Positions 11,210 through 20,730 are shown, counted from the stretch's first letter. The stretch: 64,000 nucleotides of DNA from Acetobacteraceae bacterium (GCA_040399685.1 JBBART010000012.1:52673-116672); one strand, 5' to 3'. A program made the numbers and translations. The notes: a model not told the origin generated them from the letters alone.

Positions 11210-12223
11210 ATGAAGATCGATGCCCGCCGCATCGACGCGTTCCTGACCAACCCGTCGCCCGCGCGCGTCGTGTTGTTTCACGGCGATGATGAAGGGCTGA
11301 TCCGCGAACACGCCGCCCGCCTGGTGCGCAACGTGGCCGGCTCGCTGGATGACCCGTTCCGCGTGTCGGAAATCGACCGCGACGGCATCGGCCAGTTGCC
11401 GGATGAGGTGGCCGCCATGTCGATGACCGGCGGCCGTCGCGTGGTGCGGGTGCGTGAGGCAACCGACGGCGCCACCGCCGCCGTCACGAAGGTGTTGGCC
11501 GGCAACGGCCCGGGCCTGCTGGTGCTGGAAGGCGCAGGCCTCGGCGGTAAATCCCGCCTCAAAACCTTGCTGGACAAAAGCGAGGCCGGCGGCACCGTCG
11601 CCTGCTATCCGATGGACGCGCGCGCCATCACGCAGATGGCGAAGTCCATGCTGGCGCAGGACCGCATCACCATCGATCCGGATGCACTGGGCTGGCTGTC
11701 CGGCCAACTCGGCGCCGATCGCGGCGTGTCGCGCAGTGAATTGGAGAAACTGGCGTTGTATGCAGGCCCCGGCGGCGCCATCGACATGGACGCGGCCCGC
11801 GCCTGCGTGGGCGACCTGTCGGGCCTGTCCATCGAGGATGCCCTGTTCGCCGCCACCGACGGCGATGTGCCCGGCACCGACCGTGCGCTGGAACTGGCGA
11901 TGGCGGAGGGCGCCACCCCTGTTGGCGTGCTGCGCGGCGCGCTGATGCATTTGCAGCGTTTCGCCCGGGCCAGGGCGCGGGTGGACGAAGGCGCTTCCGT
12001 GGAGGAGGCCGCCAAGAGCGTGCGTCCGCCGCTGTTCTTCAAGCGCGAGCCGGTGTTCGTCCGCTCCATGCGGCTGTGGAGCGCTGCCTCCCTCGCCCAG
12101 GGCACGCAACGACTTTGGGATGCCGAACGCGCCTGCAAACGCACCGGCTCTCCAGCCGAGACCCTGTGCCGCAGCGCCCTGCTCGGCCTGGCCCAACGTG
12201 CTGCCGTGGCGAAGCGCCGATAA
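11210..12223 (+). CDS. holA: DNA polymerase III subunit delta
   Basis: 337 aa in the conserved leuS-lptE-holA arrangement, with a HolA-like N-terminus ([11 protein letters not shown]). Confidence 0.85.
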   Translation: MKIDARRIDAFLTNPSPARVVLFHGDDEGLIREHAARLVRNVAGSLDDPFRVSEIDRDGIGQLPDEVAAMSMTGGRRVVRVREATDGATAAVTKVLAGNGPGLLVLEGAGLGGKSRLKTLLDKSEAGGTVACYPMDARAITQMAKSMLAQDRITIDPDALGWLSGQLGADRGVSRSELEKLALYAGPGGAIDMDAARACVGDLSGLSIEDALFAATDGDVPGTDRALELAMAEGATPVGVLRGALMHLQRFARARARVDEGASVEEAAKSVRPPLFFKREPVFVRSMRLWSAASLAQGTQRLWDAERACKRTGSPAETLCRSALLGLAQRAAVAKRR

Positions 12224-12288
12224 AGCGGGGCTTGATCCGCGACACAGGCTGGCCGATCAAGGAACCATTCTTGATGCGGAGACGAAAA

Positions 12289-13272
12289 ATGCAGATCGGT
12301 GTCGTGGGCCTGGGCCGGATGGGCGGCAATATCGTACGGCGCTTGATGCGCGCCGGGCATGAATGCGTGGTGCATGACGCCAGCCCGAAGGCGACCGCCG
12401 ACCTTGCGGCCGAAGGTGCCACGGGTGCTGATTCGCTCGGCGATTTCGTGGCCAAGCTGACCGGCAGCCCGCGCATCGTCTGGCTGATGCTGCCATCGGG
12501 CGCCATCACCGAGGCCGCCGTGGACAATTTTGCCGGCCTGCTGGGTGAAGGCGATATCCTGATCGACGGCGGCAACACCTATTACAAGGACGACGTCCGC
12601 CGCAGCCGCACCCTCGCGGCAAAGGGCATCAGCTACCTCGACATCGGCACCTCCGGCGGCGTCTGGGGTCTGGAGCGTGGCTATTGCATGATGATCGGCG
12701 GCGACAAGGTGGCCGTGGCCGCCATCGACCCGATCCTGGCAGCCCTGGCCCCCGGTAAAGGCGACATCCCCATCACCACCGGCCGCGAGGGCCGCGATCC
12801 GCGTGTGGAACAGGGCTATCTGCACGCTGGTCCCTCCGGCAGCGGCCATTTCGTCAAGATGATCCATAACGGCATCGAATACGGCATGATGCAGGCGATG
12901 GCCGAGGGCTTCGACATCCTCCGCCATCGTGGCGACCCGTACCTGCCCGAAGGCGAGCGATTTGACCTGGATATGTCGGACATCGCCGAAGTCTGGCGTC
13001 GCGGCAGCGTGGTTACGTCATGGTTGCTCGACCTGACCTCCCAGGCCCTTGCGCGGGATGAGACGCTGGAGAAGTTCTCGGGCAGCGTGTCTGACTCGGG
13101 TGAGGGGCGTTGGACCATCGAGGCCGCCATCGAGGAGGCTGTCCCGGCCGATGTGCTGGCAGCGGCGCTGTTCGTGCGGTTCCGCTCGCGCCAGGAGCAT
13201 ACCTTCGCTGAGAAGGTTTTGTCGGCCATGCGTTTGGGCTTTGGTGGGCATGTGGAGCCGCCGAAGGCGTAA
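12289..13272 (+). CDS. gnd: 6-phosphogluconate dehydrogenase (decarboxylating), short form
   Basis: Rossmann N-terminus [16 protein letters not shown], plus GGNTYYKDD and GTSGGVWG motifs. Start set at ATG 12289. Confidence 0.88.
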   Translation: MQIGVVGLGRMGGNIVRRLMRAGHECVVHDASPKATADLAAEGATGADSLGDFVAKLTGSPRIVWLMLPSGAITEAAVDNFAGLLGEGDILIDGGNTYYKDDVRRSRTLAAKGISYLDIGTSGGVWGLERGYCMMIGGDKVAVAAIDPILAALAPGKGDIPITTGREGRDPRVEQGYLHAGPSGSGHFVKMIHNGIEYGMMQAMAEGFDILRHRGDPYLPEGERFDLDMSDIAEVWRRGSVVTSWLLDLTSQALARDETLEKFSGSVSDSGEGRWTIEAAIEEAVPADVLAAALFVRFRSRQEHTFAEKVLSAMRLGFGGHVEPPKA

Positions 13273-13280
13273 GCGAAGGC

Positions 13281-13402
13281 TTTCTTTTTCTGAAGAAAAA
13301 GAAACAAAAAGACTTCACTCCATTTCGGTGGGGATCGTGGCATCGGCCGCGATCCCCACCGAAACGGATGAAATTTTTTGGTTCTTTTTTCTAAAAAAGA
13401 AC
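13281..13402. repeat. three-hairpin palindromic intergenic element, copy 2
   Basis: tttctttttc-tgaa-gaaaaagaaa, then caaaaag..stem..attttttg, then gttctttttt-ct-aaaaaagaac. It lies between the gnd stop (13272) and the SDR stop (13411). Confidence 0.8.
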
Positions 13403-13410
13403 AACCTTTC

Positions 13411-14151
13411 TCAATACGTCGCCCGCCCACCCGAACAGTCAAACACCGCCGCCGTGCTGAAGGCGGCTTCCTCGCTCGCCAGCCAGCAGATCAGGCTCGC
13501 CACTTCGTCCACGGTGCCAAAGCGCCCCATTGGGATCTTGGACAGCATGAAATCGATGTGTTCCTGGCTCATCTGGTCAAAAATCGCGGTGCGAACGGCG
13601 GCCGGCGTCACGCAATTGACGCGGATGGGTCCACGCGCCAGTTCCTTGCCAAGCGATTTCGTCAGCCCGATCACGGCGGCCTTGGACGTGGAATAAGCCG
13701 ACGCGTTCGGGTTGCCTTCCTTGCCGGCGACGGAGGCTATGTTGACGATCCGCCCATATCCGCCCGCCTGCATGTGCGGCACCACGGCGCGGTTGCAGTA
13801 GAACACCGCGTTCACGTTCACATCCATCACCCGCTTCCAGTCGTCCACCGGATACTCCCAGGTGGGCATGTTCGGGCCGGTGATGCCGGCAGAGGCGACG
13901 AGAATGTCGATGCCGCCCAACGCCTTCACCGTGGCGTCAGCGGCGGCCTGCACGGCATCTGGGTCGGTGAGGTCGAGCACTTCGGAATGATCCGCGCCGG
14001 GGGCAGGCGCCATGTCCCACACCGCCACCCACGCGCCTTCGGATTTCAGGCGGGCCACAACGGCCGCCCCAATGCCGGAAACGCCACCTGTCACAACCGC
14101 AACCCGGCCTTCGAAACGCCCCATTATTCCGCTCCCCATTTTGTTGGCCAA
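13411..14151 (-). CDS. SDR family oxidoreductase
   Basis: TGGVSGIG cofactor motif, NIASVAG, and YSTSK (the YxxxK catalytic motif). Start is ambiguous (14151, 14139 or 14124). Confidence 0.85.
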   Translation of the reverse strand: MANKMGSGIMGRFEGRVAVVTGGVSGIGAAVVARLKSEGAWVAVWDMAPAPGADHSEVLDLTDPDAVQAAADATVKALGGIDILVASAGITGPNMPTWEYPVDDWKRVMDVNVNAVFYCNRAVVPHMQAGGYGRIVNIASVAGKEGNPNASAYSTSKAAVIGLTKSLGKELARGPIRVNCVTPAAVRTAIFDQMSQEHIDFMLSKIPMGRFGTVDEVASLICWLASEEAAFSTAAVFDCSGGRATY

Positions 14152-14199
14152 GGGGTAGCGCGCTCCGAAGTCCGTTGCCAGAGGAACTATGCGTCGGGA

Positions 14200-14478
14200 C
14201 TATGAGACTTTTACGCCCTTCCAGAACGCCACGCGGCCCTTGATCTCGGCGGCGGCGGATTTCGGATCTGCGTAATACCAAACAGCGTTCTCGTTGATCT
14301 TGCCGTCGACGTTGAGCGAATAGTAATTTGCCAAACCCTTCCAGCCGCAAACGCTGGTATGGGAAGACGGCGCGATCAACGCCTTGTTCAAAGCCGCCTC
14401 AGGGAAATACGCGGTTCCCTCCACGGTGACGATATCGTTGCTCTCGGCAATCACAACGCCGTTCCAGATAGCCTGCAT
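14200..14478 (-). CDS. DUF427 domain protein
   Basis: 92 aa starting MQAIWNGVVIAESND, with CGWKGLANYY and AFWKGV typical of DUF427. The longer ORF reaching 15300 is an antisense artefact. Confidence 0.7.
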   Translation of the reverse strand: MQAIWNGVVIAESNDIVTVEGTAYFPEAALNKALIAPSSHTSVCGWKGLANYYSLNVDGKINENAVWYYADPKSAAAEIKGRVAFWKGVKVS

Positions 14479-14604
14479 GTTTGTTCTCCTTCCTTTTGAT
14501 ATGGGCGCGTCCCGCTGTGTGACAACGCGACGATGTGCATCCTTACGGGTTTGCAAGAAGCGTGGGGTGTGGTCGCATGCAACACCGCACAGGAGAACGC
14601 CACA

Positions 14605-16368
14605 ATGCCCCATTCCCCAGAGGCCTGGACCAGGATCGGCGCCTTTCAATCGCCATCGTTTTCCAAGGACGGCACCAGGCTGTTCCACCTGCGCGGCGCT
14701 GGCCTGCCGCAAGCCTGGGTGATGGACCTGAAGGGCTGCAAAGCGCGCCCGCTGACGAAGTTCGACGAGAAAGTGGCCATCATCCGTCGCGCCCCCACCG
14801 ATGACCGCCTGATTGTGGGCATCGACGCTGGCGGCGACGAGCGTCAGCAATTCCACCTCGTGACGCAAGATGCCGAGATCAATGTCGTCACCGCGGCCCC
14901 AGACGTCATCCACGACTTCGGTGCGTGGTCGCCGGACGGCACCAGCATCGCGTATGCCGCCAACGACCGGGACGAACGCATCTTCGATATCCTGATCCGC
15001 GAACTCGCCACCGGCGCCGTCACGCAGGTGCTGGAAGGCAACGGCCAGATCAGTGTGTCCGGCTGGTCCGGCAACACCCTCGCCGGCATCGAGGATGTCA
15101 GCTCGTCCGACCAAACCCTGTGGCTGATCGACATTGAAACCGGCGCCGCGCGCAAATTCCCGGCCCCTGGCCTCACACGCTACGCCTCCATCCGCTTCAC
15201 GCCAGACGGCGGCTTGATGGGCCTCACCGATCACGGTGGCGCCGATTTCATGCATCTGTGCCGGCTGGACCCCAGCAACGGCGCCGTCTCGGTGGTGCAC
15301 GCGCCAGCGGGGCGCGATATCGATGCGTGGTCACAGGCCCCCAATCGCGGCCGTCTGGCCGTGGTTGAGAACGATCGCGGCTACGGCGTGCTGAAGATCG
15401 ACGGCGTGGTTGTGGAAGGCCTGCCCCACGGCGTGGTGGGCGACCTCGCCTGGTCGCCGGACGGCGCCACGCTGGCCTTCACCGCCCAAAGCCCGGTGGA
15501 CCCCGCCGGCATCTGGCTGTGGCAAGACGGCGTGGCCAAACCGCTGCTCTGCCCCACCCCGCTGGAAGAAGCCGGCATCGACCCCGCCACCATGACAGCC
15601 CCGCATCTGGTGGAATGGACGGCCGAGGACGGCACCGTCATCCCCGGCTGGTTCGCCCTCCCCCGCACCCCCAAGCCGCCCAACGGATACCCTTCTGTGG
15701 TGTGGGTGCATGGCGGCCCGGCCGGACAAACCCGCGCCAATTTCCGGCCCGACACGCAAATGCTGCTGGACCAAGGCTTCGCCGTGTTGCTGCCCAACGT
15801 GCGCGGCAGCACCGGCTATGGCCGCGCGTCGATGGAAAGTGACGACGTGGGCCTCCGCCCCGCCTGCCTGTCAGACCTCGCCTCCGGCCGGCATTGGCTG
15901 GCGGCGCAACCGGGCATCGACCCTGCGCGCATCGGCGTGATGGGCCAGTCCTATGGCGGCTGGATGGTGCTCGGCGCCATCACGCTCTATCCGGATCTGT
16001 GGGCGGCGGCGGTGGATTATTACGGCATCGCCGACTTCGTCACGCTGCTGGAAAAAACCGGCCCCTGGCGCCGCGACCACCGCGCCCGCGAATACGGCTT
16101 CCCCGGCACGGATGACGCCCTGTTTGCCGAAATCTCCCCCATCCACCACGCCGCCCGCGTCACAGCACCGTTGCTGGTGGCCCACGGCAACCGAGACCCC
16201 CGCGTGCCGAAAAACGAGAGCGACCAGTTCGTCGCCGCCCTCCAGGAACGCCAGATGAAAGTGCGCTACCTGGAATTCGACTACGCCGGCCACGGCTTCA
16301 TTCGCCCGCAGCACCGGATTGATATCTTCAAGGCCGTGGCTGCCCATTTCCAGGAACACCTGGCATGA
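14605..16368 (+). CDS. S9 family peptidase (prolyl oligopeptidase / acylaminoacyl-peptidase-like)
   Basis: The N-terminal half is beta-propeller-like. The C-terminal half is an alpha/beta hydrolase with nucleophile elbow GQSYGGW. An aggaga RBS precedes ATG 14605. Confidence 0.85.
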   Translation: MPHSPEAWTRIGAFQSPSFSKDGTRLFHLRGAGLPQAWVMDLKGCKARPLTKFDEKVAIIRRAPTDDRLIVGIDAGGDERQQFHLVTQDAEINVVTAAPDVIHDFGAWSPDGTSIAYAANDRDERIFDILIRELATGAVTQVLEGNGQISVSGWSGNTLAGIEDVSSSDQTLWLIDIETGAARKFPAPGLTRYASIRFTPDGGLMGLTDHGGADFMHLCRLDPSNGAVSVVHAPAGRDIDAWSQAPNRGRLAVVENDRGYGVLKIDGVVVEGLPHGVVGDLAWSPDGATLAFTAQSPVDPAGIWLWQDGVAKPLLCPTPLEEAGIDPATMTAPHLVEWTAEDGTVIPGWFALPRTPKPPNGYPSVVWVHGGPAGQTRANFRPDTQMLLDQGFAVLLPNVRGSTGYGRASMESDDVGLRPACLSDLASGRHWLAAQPGIDPARIGVMGQSYGGWMVLGAITLYPDLWAAAVDYYGIADFVTLLEKTGPWRRDHRAREYGFPGTDDALFAEISPIHHAARVTAPLLVAHGNRDPRVPKNESDQFVAALQERQMKVRYLEFDYAGHGFIRPQHRIDIFKAVAAHFQEHLA

Positions 16369-17945
16369 GCGCCCGCATCCACCAGCGCACCTGGCGCCCC
16401 GCGCTGATCGGCCGCAACGGCGCTGTTGGCGCCAATCACCCGATGGCGACGCAGGCCGGGTTGGACATATTGCGCGCCGGCGGCAACGCCGTGGATGCGG
16501 CGGTGGCGATCTCGCTCACCTTGGGCGTGGTGGAACCGCATATGTCCGGCCTCGGCGGGGACGGATTTTACCACACGCTGATGAACGGCATAGGCCAGGT
16601 CTATAACGGTTGCGGCTTCGCCCCCGCCTCCGCCACGGCCGACAGCTACGCCGGCCGCATGGACGTGACAGGCCCGCGCTCGGTGTCCCTGCCCGGATCG
16701 CTCGGCGGCATCGCCGCCATGCACGCCGCCCACGGCAAGCTGCCCTGGGCGCGGCTGTTCACCTCGGCCATCGAACACGCCCGCTACGGCTTCGGCGCCA
16801 CCGCGCATTACGTGAATTTCGCCGCCGACTCCCACGCAAGGTTCGACGCCACGGCTGCCGCCACATTCCCGGTGTCCGCCATGGCCGATGTGGTGCGTCA
16901 GGAACAACTGGCCCGCACCATGGAAGAAATCGCCGCCGACGGCGCCAAAACCTTCTATCGCGGCAAACTCGCCCGCCGCATCGCCTGCCACGGCACCCAC
17001 ATCACCGAAGCCGATCTGGATGCCTATCAACCCGAGATCACCACCCCCATCGGCATCAACTATCGTGGCTGGGAAATCCGCCAGACACCGCCCAACTCCA
17101 CCGGCTTTTCCACGCTGCAAATGCTGCGCATCCTCGAACGGTTCGATTATGCCGCCCTGTCCCCGGCCGACCGCGTGCATGTGATGGTGGAAGCCAAGAA
17201 ACGCGCCTTCTTCGACCGCGAACGCTATGGTGCTGACCCGCGTTTCGAACACGTGCCGGTGGACATGCTGCTGTCAGACGCGAACACAGACGCCCATGTG
17301 GCCGCCATCAGCATGACCCACGCCGCCGAAACATCGCTGGCGCCACCAGCCTCCGTTGAATCCGACACCACCTATTTCTGCGTCATCGACGCCGACGGCA
17401 ACGCCGTCTCGGCCATTCAAAGCCTGAACTCCGCCTTCGGCTCGGCCTGCGTGGCGGGGGATACCGGCATTCTGATGAACAACCGCATGGCCTATTGGCA
17501 CCTCGGCGCCACCCACCCCAACCGCCTCGTGCCCGGCAAACGCGTGCGCCACACCATGAACGCGCCCATGATCCTGAAGGACGGCCATCTGTTCGCCGTG
17601 CTCGGAACCCCCGGTGCGGACAACCAGGTGCAGGTGAACCTGCAAGTGATCTCCGCCCTGCTGGACGACGGCGACCACGCCCAGGAAGCCGTGGAACGCC
17701 CCCGCTGGACCAGCAACCAAATCGGCCAACCCGCCAACTGGCCCCACGAAGGGGATTTCGCGCTGACCATCGAGACGGGGTTTGGCGAGGCGGTGCTGTC
17801 GGATCTGGAACGCCGTGGACACCGCGTGAACCGGGTGCCGCCGTTGGGTGGGCCGTGTGCGATGAACGTGATCACGGTGGCGGGGAATGGGATGCGGGTG
17901 GCGGGGTCTGATCCGCGTCGGGATGGGTGGGCTGGGGTTTATTGA
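16365..17945 (+). CDS. ggt: gamma-glutamyltransferase family protein
   Basis: 526 aa. Autoprocessing Thr context DTTYFCVID. ATGA start/stop overlap with the S9 peptidase gene. Confidence 0.9.
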   Translation: MSARIHQRTWRPALIGRNGAVGANHPMATQAGLDILRAGGNAVDAAVAISLTLGVVEPHMSGLGGDGFYHTLMNGIGQVYNGCGFAPASATADSYAGRMDVTGPRSVSLPGSLGGIAAMHAAHGKLPWARLFTSAIEHARYGFGATAHYVNFAADSHARFDATAAATFPVSAMADVVRQEQLARTMEEIAADGAKTFYRGKLARRIACHGTHITEADLDAYQPEITTPIGINYRGWEIRQTPPNSTGFSTLQMLRILERFDYAALSPADRVHVMVEAKKRAFFDRERYGADPRFEHVPVDMLLSDANTDAHVAAISMTHAAETSLAPPASVESDTTYFCVIDADGNAVSAIQSLNSAFGSACVAGDTGILMNNRMAYWHLGATHPNRLVPGKRVRHTMNAPMILKDGHLFAVLGTPGADNQVQVNLQVISALLDDGDHAQEAVERPRWTSNQIGQPANWPHEGDFALTIETGFGEAVLSDLERRGHRVNRVPPLGGPCAMNVITVAGNGMRVAGSDPRRDGWAGVY

Positions 17946-18155
17946 TGGGGGGGGCTTGGGTTTGGGATCACCTATCGACCTCAGCGGTAATTCATGGCCA
18001 GCGGTCCGCGTGGCCGAAATTGGCCGAAAGCCGTCGGTCTGGTTGTGTTAGCCAGACCGGGACAACTGCGCCTTCTGGCGCGAACCCCGGTCCGACTGAA
18101 GTTGGCGCCGATCGCGCGCCGACGCGCGTCCGCCAAACGTTTGCCTCCATTACCC

Positions 18156-18322
18156 CATTACCTACGGCACACCTTCGTTAACAAGGTGGCAAGATCGAGC
18201 GGCTTTTGCCGACGGTCAGGAAGTTGCTCGGTCCCGCCAGCGTGGCCACCACGGCGCGCTACGCGCATCGGGGCAATGCCTTTCTGGTCGAGGTGAACGA
18301 GCGGATCGGATCGGAGCGCTGA
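18156..18322 (+). pseudogene. tyrosine recombinase/integrase, 3'-terminal remnant (truncated and frameshifted)
   Basis: HYLRHTF (box II Arg-His) is in one frame. After a frameshift near 18180, the other frame reads KLLGPASVATTARYAH, matching the LLGHxxxxxTxxYxH motif with His replaced by Pro. The remaining roughly 300 N-terminal codons have no room to exist. Confidence 0.6.
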
Positions 18323-18350
18323 TCTCTTCCACGATGGGCTGACCGAAGGA

Positions 18351-19496
18351 TCAAGTGTAATTAATGGCACTACTTTTCAGGATACGTTCAACAAGGGTGG
18401 TTAAGAACTTTTGGTCCTTCAAGTCTCTGAGACTCAGCCCTTTCAGGTCAAGTCCGGCGTCTTTGAAAAACTGAAACGCTCGCTTCAGTTCCCCCCTTTC
18501 TGTAGGAGTATGGCCGTTCTCGAGAAGCCACTTCACGGCGGCTAGCATGGCAAACGTAATTGTTACCGCAATCCCAGCGGCTGCAATGTCAAGGACCAGA
18601 GTTGGCGGCAGGAACGACTTCGCCCAGAGGAAGGCCGTGGTGCCAAGCGACTCAGCAGCGAGACTCGGTAGCATGCGCAGCACTGACAACTTATTAAGCA
18701 CCTCTCCGGTATAAAGGTAGTTAAGAGCAGTGATCGACACTACTTGTGTCGCTGTTATGTAGGCGGCACTGCCGGGGATGAAAGCTTCAGCGGCTACTGC
18801 TACAAGAGATGAGACAATAATTGATATTGCGTATAAATCTTTGCTTTTGAGATGCCTCGCGAACAGTACGTCTTTTTTTTCTCTTTTGAGAAAGGCGAAC
18901 AGATGATTGCGCAGTTCGTCGACGCCCCTTATGTCCATTGGCGCAGACTTCCGCAGCGCTGGGTCATAGCCCTTTGTGCAGGTTTCATAAATTATCTCAA
19001 CACCAAGCGCGCTTTTCCACTGATCTACGACCTCTAACCGAGCGCTATCCTCGAGATCATCCCATTCATCAACTTTGTTTAGTACGACAACGCAATTTTT
19101 TGAGTTGGCGCGAAGGGTGTCGAAATTTGCTCTTTGCGTGGCATCTGCCGACCCTGTGACGACAAATACTCCGAGGTCTATCGCCTTTAAAAACGCCTTC
19201 GTCTCCTCGCTGTTTTCTGCTTTCAAATCATCGAGGCCCGGGCAGTCTATAATCAAAACATCGTCTTCAAACTTGTAAGGTATGATTTTAGTTGTAACGC
19301 CTGAGCGCGGACCGACCTTGGCAATTGGATCTTCACGACTGCACAGGAACAGGGCGTTTAAAAGAGAGCTTTTCCCTGCACTAACCTTTCCGACAAGGAC
19401 AATATTAACGTGCGCATCGAAGTTTGGTACCTTCTCTTGATACGCATGATCGAATACTCGATCAAATGTCTGCTTCTCGGTGTCGTCAGTGCTCAT
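18351..19496 (-). CDS. P-loop GTPase (MMR_HSR1/Era-like) fused to a DUF697-like membrane-associated C-terminal domain
   Basis: G1 GKVSAGKS (aa 36-43), G3 DCPG (aa 84-87), G4 NKVD (aa 140-143). The C-terminal half has hydrophobic stretches and an IPGSAAYITATQVVSITALNYLYTGE block resembling DUF697. GC is markedly low. Confidence 0.8.
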   Translation of the reverse strand: MSTDDTEKQTFDRVFDHAYQEKVPNFDAHVNIVLVGKVSAGKSSLLNALFLCSREDPIAKVGPRSGVTTKIIPYKFEDDVLIIDCPGLDDLKAENSEETKAFLKAIDLGVFVVTGSADATQRANFDTLRANSKNCVVVLNKVDEWDDLEDSARLEVVDQWKSALGVEIIYETCTKGYDPALRKSAPMDIRGVDELRNHLFAFLKREKKDVLFARHLKSKDLYAISIIVSSLVAVAAEAFIPGSAAYITATQVVSITALNYLYTGEVLNKLSVLRMLPSLAAESLGTTAFLWAKSFLPPTLVLDIAAAGIAVTITFAMLAAVKWLLENGHTPTERGELKRAFQFFKDAGLDLKGLSLRDLKDQKFLTTLVERILKSSAINYT

Positions 19497-19877
19497 CAGT
19501 ACCCCAGCCGGTTATAGTGGTCCACAGCGCTGTACAGATTTTTAATTGCATACGAAACGATGTCAATGTTTAACCGCTCTCGTCCTCCAGGAATGGTAAG
19601 TAAGTCCCAGTCCGAGCCGTTCGCAGAGGCCGATCGGAACGGTTAAAATGGGCGGCAACTCTCGGGATCGTCGCGATCGGCGCTGAATGGCTTGGATGGG
19701 CGCAATTCACCTATCGGCGGGCTGGATTTTGGATATTTTTTTGCCCAAAAAACGTTGTGGCTGGAATTAGGGACGGTTGCGGAGTCCACCCAGCCTATGC
19801 CCATTTGGTGGTCGACAAGTCACACGGCGCGCGAGCTTCGAATTGACCTCGGCCAAGAAATTCCTCACCGTCCACCA

Positions 19878-20084
19878 ATGATCACAAGTAAGATCACCGC
19901 CGAAGGCCAAACCACCATTCCGCAATCGGTGCGCATGGCTCTCGGCGTGCGCCTCGGTGACGAGTTGGTGTATGTGATTAAAGACGGTCGCGTTCTGCTC
20001 AACCGCAAGATCGACACGCCCGTCACCGACGACCCGTTCGCGGCCTTCGTGGAATGGGGCAGTGCGGCCTATGCCGATGTCTGA
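19878..20084 (+). CDS. AbrB/MazE/SpoVT family antitoxin
   Basis: 68 aa. MITSKITAEGQTTIPQSVRMALGVRLGDELVY is a SpoVT-AbrB swapped-hairpin motif. Its stop overlaps the start of the downstream toxin gene. Confidence 0.75.
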   Translation: MITSKITAEGQTTIPQSVRMALGVRLGDELVYVIKDGRVLLNRKIDTPVTDDPFAAFVEWGSAAYADV

Positions 20085-20406
20085 CATGTGGGACGTTGTT
20101 CGAGTCCCCTTCCCATATACCAACCAGTCCGTGCACCAGCACCGCCCCGCTCTCGTCGTGGGTCGCCAGAACGCGCCCGGATCGCCGGACCTGTTGTGGG
20201 TGCTCATGATCGCCAGCGCGCAGCATCGGCGCTGGACCGGGGACGTGGAGATTTCTGACCTCGCCGCCGCCGGTCTTCCGGCCGCGTCCATCGTGCGCAC
20301 CGCCAAGATCGCCACGATCGTGGCCAGTGCCGCCGAGCGGAAAGGCGCGTTGCCGCCGCAGGATCGCGCGGCGATCAGCGCGAGCCTTGCTGCGATTCTT
20401 CGTTAG
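20077..20406 (+). CDS. PemK/MazF family toxin
   Basis: MWDVVRVPFPY....RPALVV pattern typical of MazF/PemK, with a C-terminal VRTAKIATI block. It overlaps the antitoxin stop. Alternative starts are at 20062, 20071 and 20086. Confidence 0.7.
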   Translation: MSDMWDVVRVPFPYTNQSVHQHRPALVVGRQNAPGSPDLLWVLMIASAQHRRWTGDVEISDLAAAGLPAASIVRTAKIATIVASAAERKGALPPQDRAAISASLAAILR

Positions 20407-20482
20407 CAAATGGGCGAAAGGCGACGCTCCGCCTCGATCAGTGCAGACGAATTCCATTGCGCAAAATAATGCGCATAAATTC

Positions 20483-20533
20483 TTGACTCGCACCCTCTCA
20501 ATGCGCAATATTTTACGCATTGAGAGGGTGCGA
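20483..20533 (+). promoter_or_regulatory. candidate hicAB promoter with an overlapping perfect 18-bp inverted-repeat operator
   Basis: TTGACT (20483-20488), 17 nt spacer, then CAATAT (20506-20511). Arms are tcgcaccctctcaatgcg (20488-20505) and cgcattgagagggtgcga (20516-20533). The right arm contains the hicA Shine-Dalgarno gagaggg. Confidence 0.55.
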
Positions 20534-20535
20534 GC

Positions 20536-20727
20536 ATGCCGGTTATCGAAACCAACACCCGCAAGATCGTCACCCACTTGAAGGCGGATGGTTGGGTTGA
20601 GATTGCTGGCAGCAAGCACGATAAATTCGAACATCCCGACCGATCTGAAGCGATGATCGTGCCGCGGCACAAAGAGCTTTCACCGGGCGTTGCGCGCTCG
20701 ATAGCCAAACTCGCAGGCTGGATTTAG
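20536..20727 (+). CDS. hicA: HicA family toxin (type II TA mRNA interferase)
   Basis: 63 aa. LKADGWVEIAGSKHDKFEHP....VPRHKELSPGVARSIAKLAGW matches the HicA dsRBD-like pattern. Confidence 0.85.
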   Translation: MPVIETNTRKIVTHLKADGWVEIAGSKHDKFEHPDRSEAMIVPRHKELSPGVARSIAKLAGWI

Positions 20728-20730
20728 GGG

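Noticed and set aside
12076-12288. Upstream extension of the gnd ORF overlapping holA
   Set aside because: The Rossmann fold begins at [12 protein letters not shown] (ATG 12289). The extension overlaps the 3' end of holA and is not conserved-looking.
14479-15300. N-terminal 274-codon extension of the DUF427 ORF
   Set aside because: The extension is antisense to the S9 peptidase gene and unlike DUF427 proteins (about 90-100 aa). The internal ATG at 14478 gives the expected size.
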